Below are positions 54,968-64,000 of a stretch of DNA of 64,000 bases, piece by piece. Position numbers and translations under genes: made by a program. Location of the stretch: contig OY968796.1 in assembly GCA_963695545.1 (NCBI GenBank), positions 2,464,001 through 2,528,000 of the forward strand, in the 5' to 3' direction. The DNA comes from Terriglobia bacterium (lineage in GTDB: Bacteria > Acidobacteriota > Terriglobia > Acidiferrales > UBA7541). The notes under the pieces were generated by a model. That model saw only the letters and a program-made list of their open reading frames with translations, was not told the origin of the DNA and searched no databases. The stretch's first letter is position 1. Each line of letters opens with the position of its first letter.

Positions 54968-55719
54968 TCCTTATAATGTGTGCGCCAAGACTCTTTTGTC
55001 CTGGAAGTTTCTGCCCGTCGGGCAGTCATCCATTCCACCGTCCGCCATTGGCGGACTCCCCTCCCGGCGACTTGCCAGCCTCGCGCTCACTGCGGGCGAT
55101 TGCCCGAGGTCTTTCTTGTTGCCGCGAGGACTGCCTCGATCAGGCGCTTTTGCTCGCAGGATTTTCGCTCATGTTGGCCCGTATTGGAAGTGAGCCCCAG
55201 CCAGGAAGCGTCGTTAGCCTTGAGCGTGCAGCCCTGAGATTATGCCCCTGATTTGGCAATCGCGGTAAGACTACTACGCGAAAAACTGGTCGAGCCCCGC
55301 GTCGCTCCCGGAGGCCCGCTCCCCCCGAGGCGGAATCCGGAGTCTTTCGGTCTAAACAGCGCGTAGGATGCCTGCGAGCGAAAAGATGCCTGGTGCACCG
55401 GCGGCGTTGCCCGCAGACTTCACTATTTTTGCGACTCGCATTGTGAAACGCTCATTTTGGTCCTCGCAATCGGCGGGGTGGTCGGCCCAAAGTCCGCACA
55501 CGACGCTCGCGGCCGGTTTTGATACAATCCCCCGGGTGTTGCGACCGCCGATTGCTGAACGCTCAAGCGCAAGCCGCAGAGCACTCATCGGAAACCGACT
55601 CTCCAATTCGCCGCTGAGATCATCGGGTGCGGCGCGACGCTTTCGCAGGAGAGGCACACCGGAATGTTTGGCGCAACAAGATTGTCGCGTGAGACTTTTT
55701 AACGCGGCCAGGAGATGCG

Positions 55720-57390
55720 ATGCCCGCTGAACTGACTTCGTTTCCATCCCGCCGAAAATTTATGCAGGGACTGGCCGCGGGCGCCGCTGCTTTGCCCTCG
55801 GCAGATTTGCTCGCGCGCGACGTGCCGACTGCGAAGGCGCCGCAAGGCGCTGCCGCCGCTTCGGCCGGCGCCGCGGGCGCCGCGGGCACGGCGAACTCCG
55901 GATGCATTTACAACGTGACCGCTTTCGGCGCCGTGGGCGACGGGAAAATGCTCAACACCGCCGCGATTCAGGCCGCGATCGACGCGTGCGCTAAGGCGGG
56001 GGGCGGAACCGTGCTGGTTCCTCCGGGCGTTTTTCTCACCGGTCCGCTATTTCTCAAGAGCCACATCGTGTTTGAAGTCGTCGCTGGGGCGACCCTGCTG
56101 GGCAGCGCGAACTTCAGCGACTACCCGACGATCGCGGGCCGTTGGGAAGGATTGGATCGAACGGTCTTCGCATCTCTCTTGACCGGGATGGACCTTGAAA
56201 ACGTAACCATCCAGGGTCGCGGCACGCTTGATGGACAAGGCCCAGTGTGGTGGGACGCTTTCCATAAGACCACGGCCCTGCGGCGGCAGATGAACTTGAT
56301 GGAGCGCGAGCCGGAAAATCCTCCGGGCTCGCCGCTGGCTTGGCCGCGCGCGCGCATGATCAATTTGTACCGCTCGAAGAACATCGTCATCCGCGATCTC
56401 TCCATCGTGAATTCGCCTTCGTGGAATATCCATCCGGTGGATTGCGAGAACGTGCTGATTGACGGTGTGAGTATCGTCAATCCCAAGATGTCTCCGAACA
56501 CCGACGGCATCGATCCGGAATCCTGCCGCAATGTGCGCATCTCAAACTGCTACATTTCGACTGGCGACGATTGCATCGTGATCAAATCGGGCTACAAGTA
56601 CATCGCCGATCATCCGTTCGGCGTGTGCGAGGATATCGCCGTAACGAATTGCGTTTTCGGATACGGACACGCGGGCGTTGGCATTGGCAGCGAAACCGCG
56701 GGCGGCGTGCGCAACGTCACCTCCAGCAATTGCGTTTGCGACGGCACGGCACGCGGTCTTTATATTAAGACGGCGCGTGGACGCGGCAACGTGATTGAGG
56801 ACATTCGCGCCGTCAACTGGGTGATGCGAAATATCGAGCAGGAGCCGGTGATGGTGACGCTCGTCTACCAGGGAAGTGGTGACCCCGCTAAGGCCATGCC
56901 CGTCGACGCCACCACGCCCACCGTGCGCAACGTCTATTTCTCAGGCGTGACGGCACGAACCTCGAAGCGCGCCATCGCGATCGAAGGTTTGGCTGAGAGC
57001 CCGATCCAAAACGTGTATCTTCGCGACATCGTTATCGAGTCGTCCGCCACGGGAGCGGATTGCACACGGGCCTCGGGCGTTACGTTTGAAAACGTGATCG
57101 TAAACGCTGATGGCGGGCCGTCGCTCTCAGCGAGCGATACCCGCGACCTCGACGTGCTTCGCTTTCGCACCAACAAAGCGAATCCGGGCCAGCCCGTGAT
57201 TCAATTGAACGGCGTGCAGGATGCGGTGGTGGAATCGTGCTCGGCTGCGCCTGGCAACGACGTGCTCGTGGAAGTGGCGGGGACCGAGAACGAAAACGTG
57301 CAGTTGCTTCGGAATCGCATCAATCCGGGCGGCACGCCGGTTTCCTTCGCCGGCGGCGCAGCCGAGAGCGTTGTCACGCGGCGCGATTGA
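55720..57390 (+). CDS. Glycoside hydrolase family 28 polygalacturonase-like, Tat signal
   Basis: SRRKFMQ, YNVTAFGAVGDG, SPNTDGIDP, TGDDCIVIKSG, GHAGVGIGSE. Confidence 0.92.
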   Translation: MPAELTSFPSRRKFMQGLAAGAAALPSADLLARDVPTAKAPQGAAAASAGAAGAAGTANSGCIYNVTAFGAVGDGKMLNTAAIQAAIDACAKAGGGTVLVPPGVFLTGPLFLKSHIVFEVVAGATLLGSANFSDYPTIAGRWEGLDRTVFASLLTGMDLENVTIQGRGTLDGQGPVWWDAFHKTTALRRQMNLMEREPENPPGSPLAWPRARMINLYRSKNIVIRDLSIVNSPSWNIHPVDCENVLIDGVSIVNPKMSPNTDGIDPESCRNVRISNCYISTGDDCIVIKSGYKYIADHPFGVCEDIAVTNCVFGYGHAGVGIGSETAGGVRNVTSSNCVCDGTARGLYIKTARGRGNVIEDIRAVNWVMRNIEQEPVMVTLVYQGSGDPAKAMPVDATTPTVRNVYFSGVTARTSKRAIAIEGLAESPIQNVYLRDIVIESSATGADCTRASGVTFENVIVNADGGPSLSASDTRDLDVLRFRTNKANPGQPVIQLNGVQDAVVESCSAAPGNDVLVEVAGTENENVQLLRNRINPGGTPVSFAGGAAESVVTRRD

Positions 57391-57431
57391 AGGATCCTTC
57401 GGTCGCGCACATGAGGCAGAACGACATCGTC

Positions 57432-59081
57432 ATGCAAGATAAAGTGCTGCGCCTTGACCCTCGGGACACAGTCATCATCGCGCTCAGCGATTTGAAGCAG
57501 GGCGAATCGGTCGGCGTCGATGGCGAGACGTACATTCTCGCGACCGACGTCTCAGCGAAACACAAATTCGCCGCAAAGGCCTTCGCGCCCGGCGATCCCA
57601 TCTTTATGTACGGCGTGATGGTCGGGCGAGCGTCAGCGCCGATTCGCCAAGGCGAATCCATCACCACGTTCAACATCCGGCACGACGCTGCCGCTTTCCA
57701 CGAAGAATCCGACGCTTTCCACTGGCAGGCGCCGGACGCATCGAAATGGAAATCGCGGACCTTCGCCGGCTACCTGCGCTCGGATGGGCAGGTGGGCACA
57801 CGCAACTACTGGCTGGTCGTGCCGCTGGTGTTTTGCGAGAACCGAAATCTGTTGGTATTGAAACAGGCGTTTGAAGAGGAGTTGGGTTTCGCCGCGCCGC
57901 AGATTTACCGGCGCTACGTGGCCGATCTGATCGGACTCTATCGCGCGGGTAAAACGGGCGAGGTCCGCAATTTTCGTTTCTCCAAGAGTCTGGAGCATGC
58001 CGCCACGCCGCCGGTTTTCGAGAACGTGGATGGGATCAAATTTCTGCTGCACCAGGCGGGCTGCGGCGGCACGCGCGAAGACGCGGAGAATCTGTGCGGT
58101 TTGCTGGCCGATTACATCCACCATCCGAACGTTGCCGGTGCGACGGTACTGAGTCTCGGCTGTCAGCACGCCCAAGTGTCGATTCTTCAGGAGCAGATCG
58201 CGCGGCGCGCGCCGAAGCTCGGGAAGCCGCTTTACATTTTCGAGCAGCAGCGCAGCCCGTCGGAATCGGCCATGTTGTCGTCAGCGATTCAGAAGACGTT
58301 TCTCGGATTAGTCGAAGCCGATCAGGCGCGACGCGCCCCGGCTGCGTTGTCGCATTTGTGCGTGGGCCTGAAGTGCGGCGGCTCGGACGGATTCTCCGGC
58401 ATCTCCGCCAATCCGGCCGTGGGGCACGTCGCGGATTTGCTCGCCGCGCTGGGCGGACGCGGGATACTTTCGGAATTTCCCGAGCTGTGCGGCGTCGAGC
58501 AGGAATTGATTCATCGCGCCGCGCGCAAGGAAGTAGGAGATCGGTTCATCCAATTGATGCGCGATTACGCCGCGCGCGCCAAAGCCGTGCGTTCGAGCCT
58601 GGATATGAATCCTTCCCCCGGCAACATTCGCGATGGATTGGTCACCGATGCGATGAAGTCGGCGGGCGCGGCGAAAAAAGGCGGCACGTCGCCAGTAACC
58701 GCCGTGCTCGATTATCCCGAGTACTCGAGCGAGCCGGGCCTGAATCTTCAGTGCACGCCCGGCAGCGACGTGGAAGCTGTGACCGCGCAAGTGGGAGCGG
58801 GCGCAAACGTCGTCCTGTTCACCACGGGCCTGGGCACACCGACCGGCAATCCCATCGCACCGGTGATCAAGATTTCCTCGAACACGCCGCTGGCGCAACG
58901 CATGGGCGACATCATCGACTTCGACACCGGCGCGATCGTCACCGGCGAGGAAACCATCGAGCAGGCCGGCGAAGCGTTGTTCGATTACGTGCTGAAGGTC
59001 GCTTCCGGCGAAGCGCGCACCAAAGCCGAAATTCTTGCGCAGGACGATTTCATTCCCTGGAAGAGAGGAGTTTCCCTTTGA
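57432..59081 (+). CDS. uxaA: UxaA-family (altronate) dehydratase
   Basis: N-terminal SAF domain, GQVGTRNY, GCGG, LGCQ, KCGGSDGFSGISANP, NPSPGN..GL, FTTGLGTP. Alternative start at 57411. Confidence 0.88.
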   Translation: MQDKVLRLDPRDTVIIALSDLKQGESVGVDGETYILATDVSAKHKFAAKAFAPGDPIFMYGVMVGRASAPIRQGESITTFNIRHDAAAFHEESDAFHWQAPDASKWKSRTFAGYLRSDGQVGTRNYWLVVPLVFCENRNLLVLKQAFEEELGFAAPQIYRRYVADLIGLYRAGKTGEVRNFRFSKSLEHAATPPVFENVDGIKFLLHQAGCGGTREDAENLCGLLADYIHHPNVAGATVLSLGCQHAQVSILQEQIARRAPKLGKPLYIFEQQRSPSESAMLSSAIQKTFLGLVEADQARRAPAALSHLCVGLKCGGSDGFSGISANPAVGHVADLLAALGGRGILSEFPELCGVEQELIHRAARKEVGDRFIQLMRDYAARAKAVRSSLDMNPSPGNIRDGLVTDAMKSAGAAKKGGTSPVTAVLDYPEYSSEPGLNLQCTPGSDVEAVTAQVGAGANVVLFTTGLGTPTGNPIAPVIKISSNTPLAQRMGDIIDFDTGAIVTGEETIEQAGEALFDYVLKVASGEARTKAEILAQDDFIPWKRGVSL

Positions 59082-59875
59082 TTCCGGCCGATCTTGCGAA
59101 GCAGGATTTTCGACTGGATGGAAAGACCGCCGTCGTCACCGGCGGCGCCCGGGGAATCGGGCGAGCGATTGTGCGCACGTTTGCCTCGCGAGGCGCGCGC
59201 GTGGCGATTTTGGATCTCGATCAAGCCGGAGCCGAGGACGCCGCGCGTGAAGCGGGAGGCGAGAGCGCCGGCGTCGTGGCCTACCGCTGCGACGTCGGCG
59301 ATGCGGAAAGTGTGCGCAGCGCTTTCGCCCAAATTCTTTCTCGCGGCGCGCTGCACATTCTCGTGAACAACGCCGGAATCGCGTTCATCGGCGATCTCGA
59401 GAAAACCGAGGAAAAGGACATCGACGCGTTGTATCGCGTCAACGTCAAGAGCGTCTATCTGTGCATGCGCGAATGCATCGGCCATATGAAAAAGAATGGC
59501 GGCGGCGTGATCCTCAATATGGCTTCGATCGCGGCCACCGCCGGGATCGACGAACGCTTTGCATACTCAATGACCAAGGGCGCGGTGCGCGCGATGACCT
59601 TGTCGGTCGCCCGGGATTACATCCGCGACAAGATTCGCTGTAATTGCGTGTCTCCGGCGCGAGTGCACACCCCATTCATCGATAATTATGTAAAAAAGCA
59701 ATATCCCGGCCGCGAGAAAGAAATGATGGAGCGCTTGTCGATGGCGCAGCCCATCGGCCGCATGGGCGATCCGCAGGAGATCGCCATGCTCGCTCTATTC
59801 CTTTGCTCGGACCAGGCTGCGTTCATCACCGGCGCTGATTATGTGATCGACGGAGGGTTCCTTACGGTTCGCTGA
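59078..59875 (+). CDS. SDR oxidoreductase (2-keto-3-deoxy-L-fuconate dehydrogenase-like)
   Basis: TGGARGIG, NNAG, RFAYSMTKG, PARVHTPF, QPIGRMG. TTG 59078 overlaps the uxaA stop. Confidence 0.85.
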   Translation: MIPADLAKQDFRLDGKTAVVTGGARGIGRAIVRTFASRGARVAILDLDQAGAEDAAREAGGESAGVVAYRCDVGDAESVRSAFAQILSRGALHILVNNAGIAFIGDLEKTEEKDIDALYRVNVKSVYLCMRECIGHMKKNGGGVILNMASIAATAGIDERFAYSMTKGAVRAMTLSVARDYIRDKIRCNCVSPARVHTPFIDNYVKKQYPGREKEMMERLSMAQPIGRMGDPQEIAMLALFLCSDQAAFITGADYVIDGGFLTVR

Positions 59876-59892
59876 CGGCCTCGACGCGATTC

Positions 59893-60750
59893 ATGACCCG
59901 ACTTGACGCTCACCAGCACTTCTGGAAATACCACGCGCCGGAATTTTCCTGGGTTACGGACGATATGGCTGTGCTGCGCCGCGATTTTCTGCCCGAAGAA
60001 TTCGCGCGCGAGCTTGCCGCAAACGGCATGGATGCGTCGATCGCCGTGCAAGCCAGCCAGAGCGAGAAGGAAACCTCGTTTCTTCTGAATCTCGCGGTCA
60101 TGCACAGCAGGATCGCCGGCGTGGTCGGCTGGGTGGACCTGCGCTCCGCGAACGTGCGCGAGCATCTGCGCGAATTTTCGCGCTACGATAAATTGCGCGG
60201 CTTCCGTCACATCGTGCAATCGGAGCCGGATGATCGCTTCCTGCTTCGAGAAGATTTTCTGCGCGGCCTCGCGTGCTTGAAGGAATTCAATTTCACGTAT
60301 GACATCCTGATTTATCCCAAACAATTGCCCGCCGCCGTTGAACTCGTCCGGCGCATGCCCAAGCAGCCTTTCGTAGTGGACCACGTCGCGAAGCCGCTCA
60401 TCAAATCGAAAGAGATCGATTCCTGGGCCCGCCGGATGCGCGAGATCGCCGCCGGCCCGAATGTCTATTGCAAAGTGTCCGGCCTGGTCACCGAAGCGGA
60501 TTGGAGTCACTGGCGCCCCGAGGATTTCGCGCCCTATCTCGACGTGGTTTTTGACGCCTTCGGTCCGGATCGCCTGATGTTCGGTTCGGACTGGCCCGTG
60601 TGCCTGATCGCCGGAACCTACAGCCAGGTGAAGCAGCTGATCCAGGATTACGTCGCCAAGCGCTTTAGTGCGGACAGTCAGAGGCAGAACGTCGAGCGGG
60701 CGATTTTCGGTGAAACCGCGGCACGTTTTTATGGGATTCAATCGGCATGA
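59893..60750 (+). CDS. Amidohydrolase-family sugar lactonase (L-fuconolactonase-like)
   Basis: DAHQHFW, GVVGWVDL, GFRH, VDHVAKP, CKVSGL, MFGSDWPVC. Confidence 0.88.
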   Translation: MTRLDAHQHFWKYHAPEFSWVTDDMAVLRRDFLPEEFARELAANGMDASIAVQASQSEKETSFLLNLAVMHSRIAGVVGWVDLRSANVREHLREFSRYDKLRGFRHIVQSEPDDRFLLREDFLRGLACLKEFNFTYDILIYPKQLPAAVELVRRMPKQPFVVDHVAKPLIKSKEIDSWARRMREIAAGPNVYCKVSGLVTEADWSHWRPEDFAPYLDVVFDAFGPDRLMFGSDWPVCLIAGTYSQVKQLIQDYVAKRFSADSQRQNVERAIFGETAARFYGIQSA

Positions 60751-60901
60751 TGATTTCTTTAGTGGCGCGCAGGGACCGCCCTGGTCGCAATGACGACCCG
60801 GGTATTGAGCGGCAATCCTGGGTTGCGCGAAAACACCGTTCGGAGGTAGCGTGAAGGTTTCGCCGCCTCGCAGGAGCGGCGTTATCGATCCCCGAGCCGC
60901 T

Positions 60902-61234
60902 ATGAGCCGACGCTGCTGCTTGGCCTTGGACCTAAAGGACGATCCGCAGCTCATCGCGGAATACAAGAAACACCACCAGAAGGTCTGGCCGGAGATCCTC
61001 GAGAGCATCAAGGGTTCCGGCATTGAGAACATGGAGATCTACCTGCTCGGCACACGCATGTTCATGATTATGGACGTGAACGACGGTTTTTCGTTCGAAT
61101 CCAAGGGCGCCGCCGATCGTTCCAACCCTAAAGTCGTCGAATGGGAGCGCTTGATGTGGAAATTTCAGCAGCCGCTTCCGCAGGCCAAGCCTGGCGAGAA
61201 GTGGCTTCTGATGGAGCGCGTCTTTAAGCTCTAG
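60902..61234 (+). CDS. L-rhamnose/L-fucose mutarotase family protein
   Basis: LALDLKDDPQLIAEYKKHH..VWPEI..GIENMEIY..WERLMWKFQ. Confidence 0.85.
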   Translation: MSRRCCLALDLKDDPQLIAEYKKHHQKVWPEILESIKGSGIENMEIYLLGTRMFMIMDVNDGFSFESKGAADRSNPKVVEWERLMWKFQQPLPQAKPGEKWLLMERVFKL

Positions 61235-61260
61235 CGGCCTTGTACCGGGAGGGCAAGCCG

Positions 61261-62706
61261 ATGCCATTCATCAATGAGGATTTTCTGCTAGGCACCAAGA
61301 AGGCGCAACGCTTGTACCACGATTTCGCCGAAGGCGAGCCCATCCTCGATTATCACAATCATCTTCCGCCGGAGGATATCGCCAGCGACCGGAAATTCAC
61401 GAATCTGTTCGAGATTTGGCTCGAGGGCGACCATTACAAATGGCGCGCGATGCGGGCCAACGGCGTATCCGAGCGCTACTGTACCGGCGATGCCACGCCG
61501 ATCGAAAAATTTCAGGCCTGGGCCCGCACCGTCCCGCACACCCTGCGCAATCCGCTCTATCACTGGACGCACCTCGAGCTTAAGCGCTATTTCGGCATCA
61601 ACGAACTTCTCGACGAGCGCAACGCGCAAAAAGTGTGGGATCGCGCGGGCGAAATACTTGCGAGCGGGGAATTGACGGCGCGGCGTATCCTGCGGCGCTT
61701 TCGCGTACAGGCGCTCTGCACCACCGACGACCCGTGCAGCGATCTCGCCGCGCACAAGGAGATCGCGCGAACTGAATCGGCTTTCCGTGTGTACCCGGCG
61801 TTTCGCCCCGACAAAGCGCTGATCGTGCACTCGCCCGAGCCGTTCAACGCCTGGGTGGATCGCCTGGCCGCCGTGAGCAACGTGCACGTCGCGTCTCTCA
61901 ACGATTTTCTGCGCGCCATCGAGCTGCGTCACGATTATTTCCACGCCGCGGGCGGGCGCCTTTCCGATCACGGCTTGGACACCTGCTTTTCCGATTTCCC
62001 CGCGGAAGCCGAAGCCGCGCGCATTTTCGATCGCGCGCGCGCGGGGCACGCGGCCACGCCGGAAGAATATCGCCAGTTCGCTTCCTTCATGATGCTCTAC
62101 TTCGGCCGGCTGGACGCGGAAAAGGGCTGGACCAAGCAGTTGCATCTGGGCGCGCTGCGCAACGCCAGCACGCGCGGCGTGCGTTTGGTCGGGCCGGATT
62201 CGGGTTTCGATTCCATCGGCGATTGGGAGCAGGCCCGCTCGCTGTGCTTGTATCTCGATCGGCTGGACACTGAGAACGCGCTGCCCAAAATGGTCGTCTA
62301 CAATTTGAATCCTGCGGACAATTATGTGTTCGCAACCGCCATGGGGAATTTCCAGGACGGCTCGATCGCGGGGAAAATGCAGTTCGGCAGCGGCTGGTGG
62401 TATCTCGATCAGAAGGAAGCCATCGAATGGCAGCTGAATGCGGTGTCCAATGTCGGATTGCTTTCGCGTTTCGTCGGCATGCTCACGGATTCGCGGTCCT
62501 TCATGTCGTTCCCGCGCCATGAATATTTTCGACGCGTGTTGTGCAATCTGATCGGCCGCGACGTCGAGGCCGGCGAATTGCCTGACGACGATTCGCTGCT
62601 CGGGCCGATGATCCGCAACATCTGTTTCGGCAACGCCCGGGATTATCTGGGTCTCGAATTGCCCAGCGCTGCCGCGGTGCGCGGAGAAAAAGTCGGAGTT
62701 CGCTAG
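61261..62706 (+). CDS. uxaC: Glucuronate (uronate) isomerase
   Basis: PILDYHNHL, GDHYKWRAMRANG, NPLYHWTHLEL, CTTDDP, GSGWWY, GMLTDSRSF.S.PRHEYFRR. Confidence 0.96.
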   Translation: MPFINEDFLLGTKKAQRLYHDFAEGEPILDYHNHLPPEDIASDRKFTNLFEIWLEGDHYKWRAMRANGVSERYCTGDATPIEKFQAWARTVPHTLRNPLYHWTHLELKRYFGINELLDERNAQKVWDRAGEILASGELTARRILRRFRVQALCTTDDPCSDLAAHKEIARTESAFRVYPAFRPDKALIVHSPEPFNAWVDRLAAVSNVHVASLNDFLRAIELRHDYFHAAGGRLSDHGLDTCFSDFPAEAEAARIFDRARAGHAATPEEYRQFASFMMLYFGRLDAEKGWTKQLHLGALRNASTRGVRLVGPDSGFDSIGDWEQARSLCLYLDRLDTENALPKMVVYNLNPADNYVFATAMGNFQDGSIAGKMQFGSGWWYLDQKEAIEWQLNAVSNVGLLSRFVGMLTDSRSFMSFPRHEYFRRVLCNLIGRDVEAGELPDDDSLLGPMIRNICFGNARDYLGLELPSAAAVRGEKVGVR

Positions 62707-62797
62707 CGCAGTCAATTGCCGAAAAGGACCAGGCGAGCGGGCTCGACCAGCGGTAGAACAGCAATCCATTTCTTCAATTTCTTCAACGGAGGTTTTC

Positions 62798-63283
62798 GTG
62801 CAAATCTCACGGCGTGATCTGTGTGTGCTTCTGCCCGGCGCGATTTTGCCGGCGGCGCTTTTTGTCGAATCACTCGCGGCACAAAATACCGCGCCCGCCG
62901 CCTCTGAGGCGCAACCTCCCTCCGCGCCACCGGAGCCGATTGCTTCAGGCGCTTATCCGTTCGACCAAATGCCGGTCACCAAGGGGCCGGCGTCCGAAGC
63001 CCACCACGTTTTCGCGGGTAAGATCGCCACGGGCGAGCTGGTCGAGGTTCACGAATCGATTCTCCCGCCCGGCGGTTCTCCCCACCCGCCCCACCATCAT
63101 CTGCACAGCGAAATGTGGCTGGTGCGTGAAGGCTCGATCGAATTCACGGTGGATGGCAATGTCTACGATATCGGTCCCGGCTCGGCGGGATTCGCGGCTT
63201 CGATGACGGAGCATGGCGTCAAGAATGTGGGCGCTGTTCCGGCAATTTATTTCGTTGTGGCCATCGGACCCGGCGCGGTCTGA
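62798..63283 (+). CDS. Cupin-domain protein with Tat-like signal
   Basis: SRRDL N-terminus and cupin motifs PHPPHHHLHSEMWLVREG and EHGVKN. Confidence 0.8.
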   Translation: MQISRRDLCVLLPGAILPAALFVESLAAQNTAPAASEAQPPSAPPEPIASGAYPFDQMPVTKGPASEAHHVFAGKIATGELVEVHESILPPGGSPHPPHHHLHSEMWLVREGSIEFTVDGNVYDIGPGSAGFAASMTEHGVKNVGAVPAIYFVVAIGPGAV

Positions 63284-63333
63284 ACGAAGGTTTCGCCACC
63301 ACGATTCCTCGCGGCCAACTAGGAGAACCGGCT

Positions 63334-64000
63334 GTGAATCGCAGAGAATTTTTCGGCAAGGCCGCGGGAAGCCTCGCAGCGGTTTCGGCAATCGCTTCCG
63401 CGGCCAAGGCGCGGCCCGTCGCGCCATCCGACACAATCAATGTGGGAATCATCGGTCCCGGCGCGCGCGGTCAGGATCTCATGCGCAATTTTCTGCTCGT
63501 ACCGGGCGTGCGCTTCTCCGCTCTGTGCGACATTTACGAACCGCGCTTCGCGCAGGCGCGCAAAGTCACGGGCGAGGAAACGCCGGCAGTCCACGACTAT
63601 CGCGAATTGCTCGATCGAAAAGATGTGGACGCCGTAGTCGTCGCGACGCCGCTCGGCCTGCACGAAGAGCACGTTATGGCAGTGCTCGAAAGCGCGCGGC
63701 CGGTGTACAGCGAAAAGGACATGGCGCTGTCGCTCGAAGGTTGCGATCGCTTGTACGCCGCGGTGAAGCGCACCAAGCAGACCTATCAATTCGGCACGCA
63801 ATATCATTTCGCGCCCTGGTTTCAAGAGGCCGTCACGCGAATCAAGGCCGGCAAGATCGGCCAGGTCACGCAGATTTATTCCTACTGGCATCGCGACAAC
63901 GATTGGCGCCGCCCGGTTCCCGATCCGAACGATGCGAAACTCGAACATCTGATCAATTGGCGGATGTATCGCGATATGTCCGGCGGCATTCTTGCCGAAT
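63334..64000 (+). CDS. Tat-exported Gfo/Idh/MocA oxidoreductase, 3' end outside the window (absent from the ORF track)
   Basis: AGGAG RBS, GTG 63334: MNRREFFGKAAG..SDTINVGIIGPGARG..CDIY..VDAVVVATP..YSEKDM..QFGTQ. Open to the window end. Confidence 0.88.
   Translation, partial: MNRREFFGKAAGSLAAVSAIASAAKARPVAPSDTINVGIIGPGARGQDLMRNFLLVPGVRFSALCDIYEPRFAQARKVTGEETPAVHDYRELLDRKDVDAVVVATPLGLHEEHVMAVLESARPVYSEKDMALSLEGCDRLYAAVKRTKQTYQFGTQYHFAPWFQEAVTRIKAGKIGQVTQIYSYWHRDNDWRRPVPDPNDAKLEHLINWRMYRDMSGGILAE

Noticed and set aside
58094..59077. Apparent 593-aa SDR with a long N-terminal extension
   Set aside because: The first ~328 codons are an alternate frame inside uxaA. SDR similarity starts only at TTG 59078.
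60751..60901. Possible riboswitch between the lactonase and mutarotase genes
   Set aside because: Only short GC-rich stems, with no recognisable aptamer consensus or terminator.

Overview
A GC-rich bacterial window, most likely Acidobacteriota. That call is an inference from the TIGR03435-type protein, the Oar-like TonB-dependent receptor without SusD, and an Ig/YVTN surface protein with a T-P-x-G-x-Y-x-I-T-V-T tail. About 47 genes form one large plant-pectin (rhamnogalacturonan-I-like) utilisation region. It holds exported glycoside hydrolases (2x GH28, GH106, GH31, GH35, GH27), a CE12 acetylesterase, a TonB-dependent receptor, and SSS and MFS transporters. Catabolic modules cover L-arabinose-type pentoses, L-rhamnose (rhaI, aldolase-dehydrogenase fusion, rhaM, rhaB), L-lactate (LutB-CCG fusion plus LutC), galactose (galK, galT), hexuronates (uxaA, uxaC) and an oxidative L-fucose-like route. 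I recognise no transcription regulator, integrase, transposase, rRNA, tRNA or CRISPR array. The most unusual signals are: (i) an internal lipobox sorting tail at the C-terminus of a 16-blade YVTN/Ig surface protein; (ii) a promoter-driven, AT-rich element with nested inverted repeats and a motif array at about 25.36-25.65 kb; (iii) two identical GTAG-type REP-like palindromes; (iv) a Tat-exported oxidoreductase/TIM-barrel/DUF6807 cassette suggesting periplasmic redox glycoside processing; (v) a methyltransferase between two exported epimerase paralogues; (vi) a hicBA pair whose toxin carries an in-frame stop. All family calls come from motif recognition by eye, with no database search.
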